Source: Wallemia ichthyophaga EXF-994 (Eukaryota > Fungi > Basidiomycota). From it: a stretch of DNA of 32,000 nucleotides. This document shows positions 10,874 through 22,192 of this stretch, piece after piece. Within the stretch, counting starts at the first letter, position 1. The number at the start of each line of letters is the position of its first letter. The stretch covers positions 90,001-122,000 of the forward strand of contig NW_008806292.1 in the NCBI RefSeq assembly GCF_000400465.1, written 5' to 3'. The notes under the pieces were generated by a model that saw only the letters and a list, made by a program, of their open reading frames with translations, had not been told where the DNA came from and made no database searches. The translations under genes and the position numbers were made by a program.

Positions 10874-10925
10874 TTGGATTATTTGGGTTGATGGCGGTTG
10901 ATAAGCAACTCCGAGGAATCTACCG

Positions 10926-12976
10926 ATGAAGCTCCCTGGATTTGAATGTGATTTCTTCAAGAATGGCTTGGGTTATTCAAAGTGGGTGCTTTGTGCAGTG
11001 TGTTGTGTGTTGTCCTTCCTCACACCCATCCACAGCTCGTTGAAAGCGCACACGGGCTGTGTAAACGCTGTGAGCTACTCCAAGACCAATGGATCGAGGT
11101 GGGTGGATGGTGTGGCTGGCTTTTCATACGCATACTCATACTCATCCACCCAGACTCATGGCCACAGGCGGCGATTGCACGAATATCTATATATGGGATT
11201 TATACAGGGATATCGAAGACGCAATCCCCATAGGCGCATTTAGTGGTCCAACCGTGGGTGCTTGGCTGTATTTCCTCCTCCAACACCCCACCTAACCCGC
11301 CAAGACAGAAGAATATTTTCACTCTCGAATTTAACAGCACTGACAGCATTCTGTACTGGTGTGTGGCGTGTGTGTGGTATGTGGCACTCACTAACGCCCC
11401 AAAGCGGCAGCAACGATTCAGTTATCTACAAATACGACCTGGGTGGCGGGATAGGTGAATCACTACGCCATCCACGAGCACCCAGCGACAGGCTAGATCA
11501 CCTCGATGAAATTGATCAAATACGAAAACAATCTCCATCCCTGCGCCAGATAAGCCACGCATCGTCGCTGTCGCAGATATCCGCTCATCCTACACACCCG
11601 TCGCTCATACTGAGTGCGTCATCGGACGACGAGTTGCAGCTCACGGACGAGCGCGTCGACCGGGGAGCAAACATAGCAACATTCCACACGCAGTCCGAGT
11701 GGCGCGATGTGAAGTGGCATCCTACCTCTGACCATCTCTTCGGGTGCTGCGACAGCCTCGGTGGCGTCTACCTCAACGACATACGCAAAGGTTTCGACGG
11801 GTACAATATGTCTGATGGCGCATTCACCGTGTCCACTAATCCTTTTGTGCGGAGTGTGGCTGTGATGCAGGTGAGTTTGTGTGCTTAGTGAGACATTGGC
11901 TAACACACGCTTCCTCATTCAGTATAGCGGCACTCTCACTCTCACAAATGCACACATACATGCCGCTAAAGAAGGCTTGCGGCACAGACGCCTCGACTCG
12001 TCTTCCATGTCCTTTAACAACACAGGTGACCTTTTCGGGGTGGTGTACCAGCACGCTTACCCCACCATCTACTCTATACGGGAACAAAACCCACTCGCTG
12101 TGCTGACGGGAGACTATACTCCACAAGGAGAGCGCGTGCAGCGTCGTGAAGACACTTACAGCACAGCTTGCACTACCAAGCACTGCTCTTTCCAAGGTGA
12201 CTACCTGGCCACTGGGTCGGACGATTTCAGGGGGTATGTGTGGAAAGTGCCGCCAAGAACGACCATGATGGACAGGAGGCGGGTGATGTCGCGGGAGGAG
12301 ATGGATGAAGGAGGCTTTGCGACTGCAAATGGGTATGCGTACGACGTCCGCTCGGGTAAGTTTGGAGTGTTCTTCTTTTTGAGTGAGCAGTGTGTTTTGC
12401 TTAGTACTCACACCTCCTTCAGCTTTCTCGTCTGGTGCATCTGCATCTGCATCGGACAGCACAGCACCCGAAACTATCTGCCTGCCTGCGCTGATCGACA
12501 GACCGGCATTCAGACTAGAAGGGCACGCAAGCATAGTCAATTCGGCCATGATACACCCTTCACTCCCCCTCATCGCTACTTCGGGTGTGGAGAAGTCTGT
12601 CAAAGTACACACTCCTACGCCGTTTTCTAACAAGTTGCATAAGATACCCGCGTTGGATAAAAGAACTCCCCCAAGTAGACAAATGGGCGATGAAACTGGC
12701 TCATCGAGACGCGACTTCTTGTTAGCGCTGCTTAGCTCCCCCGAAGACTCTCACGATGCTGACATCGAAGAGGATCCCATTACTATCAATTTCTTCGATA
12801 GTCTGCTGAGAAGAGATCGCGAGGTGGATATCTGGAATGATGATGAGGATGACGAGGATGACAAGGATGACCAAGATGACCAAGATAATGACCAAGATGA
12901 CGATATGGATGATGATGGCTTGAGTGCTCCTCTTTCAGAGGATTCTATTGATATCGACGAGCTGTATCCCGTTTGA
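10926..12976 (+). CDS. WD40-repeat protein, DCAF5/DCAF8-like (putative CUL4-DDB1 substrate receptor), multi-exon, acidic tail
   Basis: Spliced LKAHTGCVNAVSYS...LMATGGD...IYIWD; KNIFTLEFN; LATGSDDFRGYVWKVP; LEGHASIVNSAMIHPSLPLIATSGVEKSVKVH; D-rich C-terminus. Confidence 0.8.
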
Positions 12977-13000
12977 CCTGAGCATATATGTATTACTATC

Positions 13001-13121
13001 ATGTTTCATGCCACTTGTGAGCTATAGAGCGACTCAACTGTCACCATGAACGAGGAGAGTGGTTTCATTGGTTTAGCTTTAAACTATTACAGCAAGTGAT
13101 GAGAATGTTTCATGCCACTTG
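13001..13121. repeat. 17-bp perfect direct repeat ATGTTTCATGCCACTTG (13001-13017, 13105-13121) with 87-nt spacer in a convergent intergenic region
   Basis: Both copies read directly from the sequence. Confidence 0.9.
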
Positions 13122-13192
13122 CAATAGTCAAAAAAGATTAAATCAAAGTCGTTACAAAGCAATAGGTAATTTTAGCTAGCTTGCATGATAGC

Positions 13193-14227
13193 TTACTCCA
13201 AACGTTCTCTAAGGTTGCCTCTGAGAGTGAGGGCATCACGGGCGAAACCTCTGATACCTTCGTGGAGCTTGTCGTGAGCTACGGCCTCGTCGAACAACTC
13301 CCATCTGAACTTAGCTTCATCGTTGATGTATGAAGTCTTTGGAATTTGTTCAGCTGACTTGGCAGTCTCTGGATCGAGCTTGCGGTCCATCTTTTCTTCA
13401 GAGTTCTTGAGTTGCTCAAGGAGAGCTGGGGCGACGGTGAGGAAATCACAACCAGCGAGGAACTTGATCTCATCGGTAGTTCTGAATGAAGCACCCATAA
13501 CGATGGTGTTGTAGCCGTGTTGCTTGTAGTAGTTGTAGATCTTTTGCACGGATTGTACACCAGGGTCTCTCTCAGCTTCGTAAGAACCCTCTGGTTGGTT
13601 CTTCTTGTACCAGTCGAGAATACGACCAACGAATGGAGAGACAAGGGTAACACCAGCTTCAGCACATGCAACGGCTTGAGCGAAACCGAAGAGGAGGGTG
13701 AGGTTGCAGTGAATGCCCTCAGCTTCAAGATCCTTGGCTGCCTGGATACCTTCCCAAGTGGAGGCGATCTTGATGAGAATACGGTCCTTGTGGACACCGT
13801 TTTCTTTGTAGAGGGCGATGATTTCACGTGCCTTTGCCTTTGTGGCTTCCTTGTTGAAGGAGAGGGAAGCGTCAACTTCAGTGGAGACACGACCAGGGAT
13901 GATGTCAAGAATCTTTCTGCCGAATTCGACGAGAAGACGGTCAAGGGCCATTTCAACCTTTGCGGTTGTGTCGCCTTTCTGTGACTTTGCGTAGTCGATG
14001 GCAACGTCGATGAGCTTGGCGTAGTTTGGCTTCTTGGTGGCGGCTAAGATGAGGGATGGGTTGGTTGTAGCGTCTTGTGGCTTGTATTGGTCGATGGCTG
14101 TGAATATTGGATACTTGGTTAGTTGGAGTTACCACGTGTAATTCAAATAAAACTCACACTCAAAGTCACCAGAGTCTGTGACGACTACAGTTCCGGTTTG
14201 CTTTAATAAATCTAATGAGTTTGTCAT
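13193..14227 (-). CDS. TAL1: Transaldolase, 2 exons
   Basis: [22 protein letters not shown]|...[10 protein letters not shown]; RVSTEVDA; [10 protein letters not shown] (Schiff-base Lys); CNLTLLF; [11 protein letters not shown]; MGASFR. Confidence 0.97.
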
Positions 14228-14521
14228 TCTTGGTGGTTTATGTGGAAGAGCCACTCAACTCAAGTACTCCGAATAAACGTAAGCGGGGGCGTCATTATCT
14301 TAAAAATATTTTGTAATCGGAGTTGATGAATTTGAATTATACAATCATCTCATTCATATATATCCCTTTCCCTGCTCAATCTGCTCATTTTGATTATTGA
14401 AAATTCAACCGATGACTGCGATCACTACGGAGGGTGCTAGTTGGAAATACTCTCTGTATTCCATATCGTTCAAGGTAGATTATACATTATCTTACCTTGA
14501 TAATCAACTTCCACTGCCACT

Positions 14522-15297
14522 ATGTCAAATCCCACTAAAAGACTTCATTCTGATAGCTTTAAGGAGCAATTGAAAGATCTTAACGGTTTTATTGAGAAAG
14601 ATAATGAATACAAGCAATCTTTAAAAGATAGAGTCGCTGTTATGGATGAAAGTTTACACGAGTCAACAGCAATTGCACAGAATATCCACTCAATCAAGCA
14701 ATCTGAAATACCTCAAAGCATAATAAAGCCTATGGAAAGTGGATTGCTTCAGTACGCCAAAGATTTCCATCAACTTTGCTCTGAAATTGAGCCTACAGAT
14801 TACACCAAATATGAGCATATCTGGAACAGATCACTTCAAACCTTCATTTACTTGAATTTATTATCAAACTACCTTTCACATGATGACATAATTGATTACT
14901 CTACAATCAAGCTGATGATTAACAATGACAACCACTTATACGATTACTTGTTCGCCCTGATGCAGCTAGTATCTGAATTAACTCGCTTAACAGTAAACAC
15001 CGTCATCCTCAACGAATTTGACCGTCCTAAGCGCATATCTGCTTTCATCAAAGACGTCTACCAAGCCCTCTCACAACTCAACTTCAAGAATGATGCTTTG
15101 AGGAGGAAATTTGATGCACTCAAATATGATATCAATAAGGTAGGTTTTGTTATTTTGTTGACAGCTCTTGGCAAGTTATTGGCATGTATCTGCGCAGGCT
15201 GCGGAGTTTTGTCTTAGCGGTCCCTTACTACGAAATCACTAACTAAAAATAGGTGGAAGGAGTTATTTACGATCTTACGCTTAGAAATCTCAACTAA
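14522..15297 (+). CDS. TSN1: Translin (TSN/TB-RBP); exons 14522-15139 and 15253-15297
   Basis: DYLFALMQLVSELTRLTVNTV and QLNFKNDALRRKFDALKYDINK|VEGVIYDLTLRNL match translin. It lacks the TRAX DLTGELMR catalytic motif. Confidence 0.88.
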
Positions 15298-15689
15298 AAT
15301 ATTTATTTTGATAGATAGGATGATTCCATCGATTGTTACCGGTTTGGTGCCTAAACTAACATGTTCCTTAAACGTGATGTTTTAGTTGGTGGTACAATTG
15401 CAAAACAAAGCTACACGACAGAGCCATATGAGTTACACGAGATACATTAGTTACATAACTTGCGTAATTCGGAGCACATTACTCTCGATCACTTGAGCGA
15501 GAAATGCACGCATTCCAGGGATTTAGAAGCCTAATAAATTAAGATAGTTCAGGTGATATAGCCCTAGAAATATTCCCAAACAACGTCAACCACTAAACTT
15601 TACAGCTCCCGTCGGTCTAAATATCCCCGTGAAGGATCGATCGATCATTCCAAGTACGACCTTCTTTCTAGCAAGACTGCGAGGATTGA

Positions 15690-16993
15690 ATGAGCAAATT
15701 ACACGAATACAGCAAGGCGTTAATGCTGACATCAGTGACGCTCTCTGCAATGGCCATTGAGTGGCTCTACTTTGGTTTCCCATCCACGCTACTGATTTAC
15801 TTGACGCTGATACTGATAACCGTACCGTTATACATACTCATACAGTTGCTTACATTCAGTAAAGTAAAAGGTTCACGTCCTCGAGTGGTGACTCTGGTGT
15901 TCACCACGCTCACTTTCCTTTACCTGATAACACAGCCAACATATCCCCTAAGCGGGCCAGGTTCCGAGCTGAATGAGCAACATCCGGCAAACAACAGCAC
16001 ATCTACGTATTTCTTCAGTGCCAACTTCTACAACAGCCAGGATATTCTACCTGCTTTCTTCGACCAATTCCTCCAACTATCTGACTACCTTGGCCGCGAT
16101 AATGTGTATATAAGCATCTACGAGTCGAATAGCCATGACAATACAAAGGATCTTCTACACCACTTTGACGATGCTCTCACACGCCTGAGCATACCACACA
16201 CAGTGATCACAGACGACTCCACCCAGAAACCTTTCTTTGTCGGCAATGAGAGAATAAATTATCTCGCAAGCGTGCGCAATCTAACTCTCGCCCCCCTCAC
16301 AAGACAGCTCGACGAGCGTTTCAACCACTTCGACAAGATTGTCTTTCTCAACGACGTCTTCTACGACTGGTTCAGCGTAGTACGGCTGCTCAACACGCGC
16401 AACGGGGCATATGACCAGGTATGCGCGTTTGACTATTTCAAAATAGGGCTGTACGATACATGGGTAACGCGCGACACATGTAGTAGACGGACGAAAGTGG
16501 TGTGGCCATACTACCAGGATGCCCACTCGATAGATCTCCTCCGTCGAGGCGAGCCTATACCTGTGAATAGCTGCTGGAATGGCATCACGGCTTTCGACGC
16601 AAGTTGGTTTGTTGACCGCAGTGGCGATAGTGACCCTATCCGGTTCAGAGTGCTCGATGAGTGCGTTACTTCGGAATGCCTCCTGTCTAGCTACGACATC
16701 CACCGCAAGTCTCACAAGCAACCTGAGATATACATGAATCCATTAGTACCGACTGGTGTGTTTGGAGTATTTGATTGAACACTCCCACCTAACACCTCCA
16801 CGCAGCATACGAGAAACCAGTATTTCAACTTCGTTCTAGACTCTTCAATCTCTCGCTAGCACGCCCTTACCTAACCTACCGCTACTGGTTCGAAGAGAGA
16901 CTCTTTGGTTGGCTGACTGCATTGGGTAGAAAGGAGGAAGAGTGTGCAGCATGGCTCGATGAATGGAAGACAGGAAATTGCACATATGAATAG
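15690..16993 (+). CDS. CAP59/Cmt1-like glycosyltransferase family 69 (alpha-1,3-mannosyltransferase-like), N-terminal TM helices, 2 exons
   Basis: NVYISIYESNSHDNT; RINYLASVRNLTLAPL; IVFLNDV; LYDTWVTRD; PVNSCWNGITAFDA; SECLL; IYMNP. The last exon joins through a GTGTGT...CTAAC...CAG intron and ends at TAG 16991-16993. Confidence 0.88.
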
Positions 16994-17330
16994 GCAAATG
17001 GGGCAAGCTAACGGGATAAGCAAATAGATAAGGATTGGGAAACGGGTCACGCAATAGACAATGATCAAACGTTGAAATACTAGTATACATCAACGGAGAT
17101 ATACCCTAAACACGCAAAACGCAACAATTGTATTATTAAAAGTATACTTTGTATTGAAAGAATATAAGACATAAAAGCGATGTTTGATGGAGTTGATAAA
17201 AATGAAAATGTTGAAATAAAGACTAGTAAGACTAATAGAAAAAGATAAAAATCATGATGAAAATTTATATCTTTGAGTCATCGGTCAAATGGGCAAGAAC
17301 GAAGAATGAACAAGGGAGATAGGTGTACGA

Positions 17331-18137
<807 letters not shown>

Positions 18138-18428
18138 TATCTGATTACTTGGTTAATTTGATAAATTAGCTTCAAATTTCGCTGCTTACTTAATTAAGAG
18201 AATATCGTTCGCCTTGGTAGAGACTAATCAACGCGCTAGCCAATCCAAAATCATTTGAAAATTGTTTGAGGTAAGTTAACCTTAGTGGATTTAGTTGGAA
18301 TACGTGGTATTCTTGTACTTATATCCACGTAAATATTCATCCATTTCTTTCGTATCCTTGTTGGTTGACTTTCATCAGCGTAGCACAGCACTGCACTGCA
18401 TAGCACTCTACAAAACATTCTAGCAGCC

Positions 18429-19032
18429 ATGCAAGTTATTAATACACGCGTTGGTCTCCTAAGTAACTACGAAGTTTTTTCCCTCCTCAAAGACATGCAA
18501 TCTGAGCACAAAACACATAACACTTCCGATAACGTCCGTTTCATTCAAAATGAGGTTTGTTCTCCTAGCCGTTGTATAATCCCTCTCATTCTCCTCAATA
18601 CAGACTTTGAGATACCTCAGCGATCCTGCCTTCCCCAGTACAAACCAAAATGAGCACGTAATATCGTCATTACTCGAGCAATTATCTCAATTTTCAACTC
18701 TGACGACCGCTGAGAAGTTGATGATTGTCAATATCCCTCCAAAATCCATCGTCGAACTATACGTCATCGTCGAAGAGCTCGAAGACAGATTGAGTGAACA
18801 AGACATCGAAGCTATCCTTTCTATTGTACAATCCAGTCTTAATCATCGTGCTGATGATCTCTCTGGCTACTCCAACGCTAATCCTACAGCTCCCAACCCA
18901 GATCAACCCCTTTTCGAAGACGACGACGAGGAGAATGCAAAGTACGAAATGGAGGCAGCCGAGCAGGAAGAGTTTGAGAATGCAGACGTTGGTGAAGATG
19001 AAGGAAGGGCTATTGATGAGGTGGATGAGTAA
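18429..19032 (+). CDS. RPC17: RNA polymerase III subunit C17 (Rpb4-like HRDC fold), 2 exons
   Basis: LLSNYEVFSLL...QNE|TLRYL...LTTAEKLMIVNIPPKSIVELYVIVEELEDRLSEQDIEAILSIV; acidic tail. Confidence 0.88.
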
Positions 19033-19097
19033 GCTATTTGATTTGCTTTTATAGATTACGTGTTGTACAATTATATTAACTTAAATTATTTTATTAA

Positions 19098-19699
19098 TCA
19101 CGCTGTTGGCTTCACGCTTCCAATTTCCCTCTCAACTTTGGTCCGTTCGCTGCGTGCCTTCTCGCGTTCGTGTGTCATATTCTCAAGCTCAGATTTACGC
19201 TTTACGTGAGTTTCTTTCGCTTGCTGTTTCTGGTAAGTTGAGTATCTCACTACACTCCATCACCCACCCCTAATCCCTGCTTTGCACTTTCTGAATTGGC
19301 ATTGGCTTTGTTCAGTTTTGCCTCAGCAGCTGTCTTCTTCTCGCTAGCCTTTAATTGTGCTTTTGCAGTCTTGTCGACTTTCTTATTAGCTTTCGCTTCC
19401 GCCTCGACTTGCTGTCAGAAGTTTTTCAACTGAGTGTATCACCTACTTTTTCAGCCTTGCTGAGATGCTTCTCTGCACTCTTAAAGTCCTTTTCTCTCCT
19501 CTTGAGCATCTTCTTTGTGTCCTTGTCCGATTTGGTGAGATCTTTCATTCTTCTGGTGATGATGTCAGTGTGTGTGCATCTTCATCAGCGCAGCGACTCA
19601 CCTTTCATTTTCCTGAGCTGAAAGCCCTTCTCTCTCTCCACTGCCCGTGTTGTTCTCCAAATTGTTGCTGACATTCTGCTGATTATCACCTTCTGACAT
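19098..19699 (-). CDS. Uncharacterised small Lys/Glu/Ala-rich coiled-coil protein, 4 exons; not shown as one ORF in the track
   Basis: In-frame splice path MSEGDNQQ...ENER|RMKDLTKSDKDTKKMLKRREKDFKSAEKHLSKAEK|QVEAEAKANKKVDKTAKAQLK...QGLG|KQQAKETHVKRKSELE...KPTA-stop, using three GT-AG introns. Confidence 0.72.
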
Positions 19700-19788
19700 A
19701 ATGGTTGAACGGATAAAGTAGGTGAAAAATTACACGCCTGTCTAAATAGGAATACATGTGGTCATCCATTCAGCACAAAATAACAACA

Positions 19789-22053
19789 CTAAGTATTTAC
19801 ACCGCGACTATTCAATAATTCCCTCATCTGCTGCACATTGCCATCATATCCTGTTTGCTGCTTGATTGATGTCGGTATCCGTCTCCAACTGACTGCATTC
19901 TTGAGGATACTTTTTGCTAGCTCGGTATTTATATTAGCAGGTATTTCATTTATAGTGCTTGTTACTATCTGCACCAACGACATGACTAGCATCTGAAGTG
20001 TTTTGTGAGTCGAGACCACGTCAATCAATTTCTACTCACATCTATCTTCTCGTCGTCCATCCCACTTAATCCACCTTCGACCATCTCTACCATATCCAAA
20101 GCATACCGCGTTTCAGTTTCGTTGTATGGATCGTAGCCGCCATTTCCAAAATGTTTTATCAAGTGCGGGATTATGATAGTCGACAGCAAGTGCGGTATGC
20201 ACTCCTTATCCATGTTCAACTTTGCTTCTTCATCCTCAGTGTGCATCTCATCATCTGTATCGTGACTTGATGTGTAATTATGACAGAATTCGTAAGCTTT
20301 AAGCGTCATAATAGACTTATTTGAATCCTTGTATTTGTGTTAGTTGTAGTAGTACGCATCGACATTGACCCACTCTAAGCGCATCCCAGCCTGTCATCTC
20401 CACCTTTGTCCAAAACTCCCAAACGCTCACCATCCCCAGAGGTGCCCAAGCACGTAAGTATTCATCACCGAATGCTTTCCTCCACTCGCTAAACTTTTCA
20501 TTGAGCACTTGAGACGGATCAAGGAAAGTAGCTGCCTTCACATCTTCAAATAGACGCTTCACATCTCCCTTTATACTCTCTTTGGCTTTTGCGTAGTCTC
20601 CTTCTTCACTTGGTGCCAGCGTGATCGCCATTTCACCACCTTCTCTCCGTTTGGAAAGTATCGATGAGCGCTCTGTGATTATTTCATCGTGGCGTTTCTC
20701 AATTTTATTTAATTCTGGTTCTTTATCGTCTAAGAAGCTCGCAATATCGTCCGCCCATGTGCGCAAATCATCGAAGAACGACCTACGCGTCTCAACCTCT
20801 TCAACCTGTTGGCGTGTTTCAGACTCTGATTGGGAGAGATCGACCAATTCCTTCTGCGACAATTCCGACAGTTTCTGTTTCTCGCTGTGAGCTCTTTCGC
20901 CATCAACACGCATGTCCCTGAGTCGGGCAATAGCGCCATCCAGAGTCGGGAGGGGGGTTGTTTCGGGTACTTGAGGTGTGGCGTTAGCAGGGAAATAAGT
21001 GCAGGCAACAATTGGAAGACTCACTTGGCGCTGGAATGTACACTTCTTTATCATCCTCTTCATCCTTCTCATGACGGTTGCTGCCCGCCATAGCTCGCTT
21101 CGCTTGTGCTTTCTCCCATGCCTGCTGTTCTTCATCTGAAGCCTCAGCTTCATCCATTCTGCACTGGCGTTAGTTGATTGAAAATACTAACATCACTGGC
21201 TCACACTTCATCTATCATCTCGCCACGCTCCTTGCGCTGTCGCCGCAGCGCATCCGCCTCAGCCTGGTTGGTAAGGTGTATGCTCTCATCAGCACCTGTA
21301 AAAGCACCCATGACTGGTGTGTGTTAGCAAGAGCTTTGACTGGCGAGTGCAAAACCCACCATCATCGCCAAAAACATCATCTTCGTGCTGCAGTCTGCTT
21401 TCTATTCCACCACCATTATCAACGTTATCACCAGAAATTGTGAGAGCGTGACTATGGCTGCTGTTACCGCCATCAAGATTAAGACTGAGATAGTCGCTCT
21501 CTGTCGACTGTGAACCGGCATGTCTCTTCTTTTTGGCAGTGTTGATCGCCATAGTTGTCGGTATGGGACCTTGTTTACTATCTTTGATTGCTGTGCCATA
21601 TATGCGCTTAGCTATGTCGCTGTAGCCGTCCTCGCTATCCATTTCATCAGTAATGCTCAGTTGGACGTCATCTTTGGACGGAGTGCTCGCCTTGAGCTGA
21701 TCGATGGCTAGTTGAGAATAATTTGATGTGGTCGATGTGGTTGATGTGTCTCCCGCATCCCCGTCTTCCGCTCTACTTGGTAACCTGTTACTGATCGATT
21801 GAGATAGAAGACTGTTTTTAGACTTGGAAGAGCTATCAGCTGCAGCTGTTGCAGTGTCTTCTACACCACCAAAAGAGAGATTTGAACGTCGTGGCTGCTT
21901 TCTACTCTTTTGCTTCTGTTTGAAAGACAGCATTGGAGCGCTCGTACTTTCTTCTGCATCACGTTCAGGTGATTCCGATTTCTGTCGTTCCTTCTGCCTT
22001 GCTGAGCCAGTGCCCTTGGCTGTGCGCTTTTTGAAAACAATCTCGTCTGGCAT
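19789..22053 (-). CDS. GCFC2/PAXBP1 (NTR2-like) spliceosome-associated protein, multi-exon
   Basis: N-terminal FKKR, SNLSFG, DYLSL and ESRLQHEDD low-complexity region. GCFC-domain-like FFDDLRTWADDIASFLDDKEPEL and FSEWRKAFGDEYLRAW...WEFWTKVEMTGWD; GGYDPY. Confidence 0.82.
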
Positions 22054-22192
22054 TTGGAAGAAGAGAGAAAGGGAAGGAGTAAAGATATAAATACGCGTTA
22101 ATTGGTATAGAAACAGAAATATAAAAATAAAATAAATTATTTAAATTTAACTTGAGTGATCAAGTGATACCAACTTTATCTGGCCATCAGTG

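Noticed and set aside
13193-13230. Readthrough PTS1 on transaldolase
   Set aside because: TAA context is not leaky-type and the extension ends QAS.
15560-15770. About 67 open codons on the plus strand, with a matching minus ORF 15586-15783, upstream of the GT69 gene
   Set aside because: No ATG or credible splice entry, and it overlaps the GT69 start. Likely chance.
19232-19315. Plus-strand intron-like signal GTAAGT...CTAAT...CAG
   Set aside because: GTAAGT is the reverse complement of the minus-strand acceptor region ACTTACCAG of the coiled-coil gene. Plus-strand ORFs there are antisense shadows.
22093-22098. Single MCB (ACGCGT) between the GCFC-like gene and trehalase
   Set aside because: One 6-mer is expected by chance, and neither gene is a typical MBF target.
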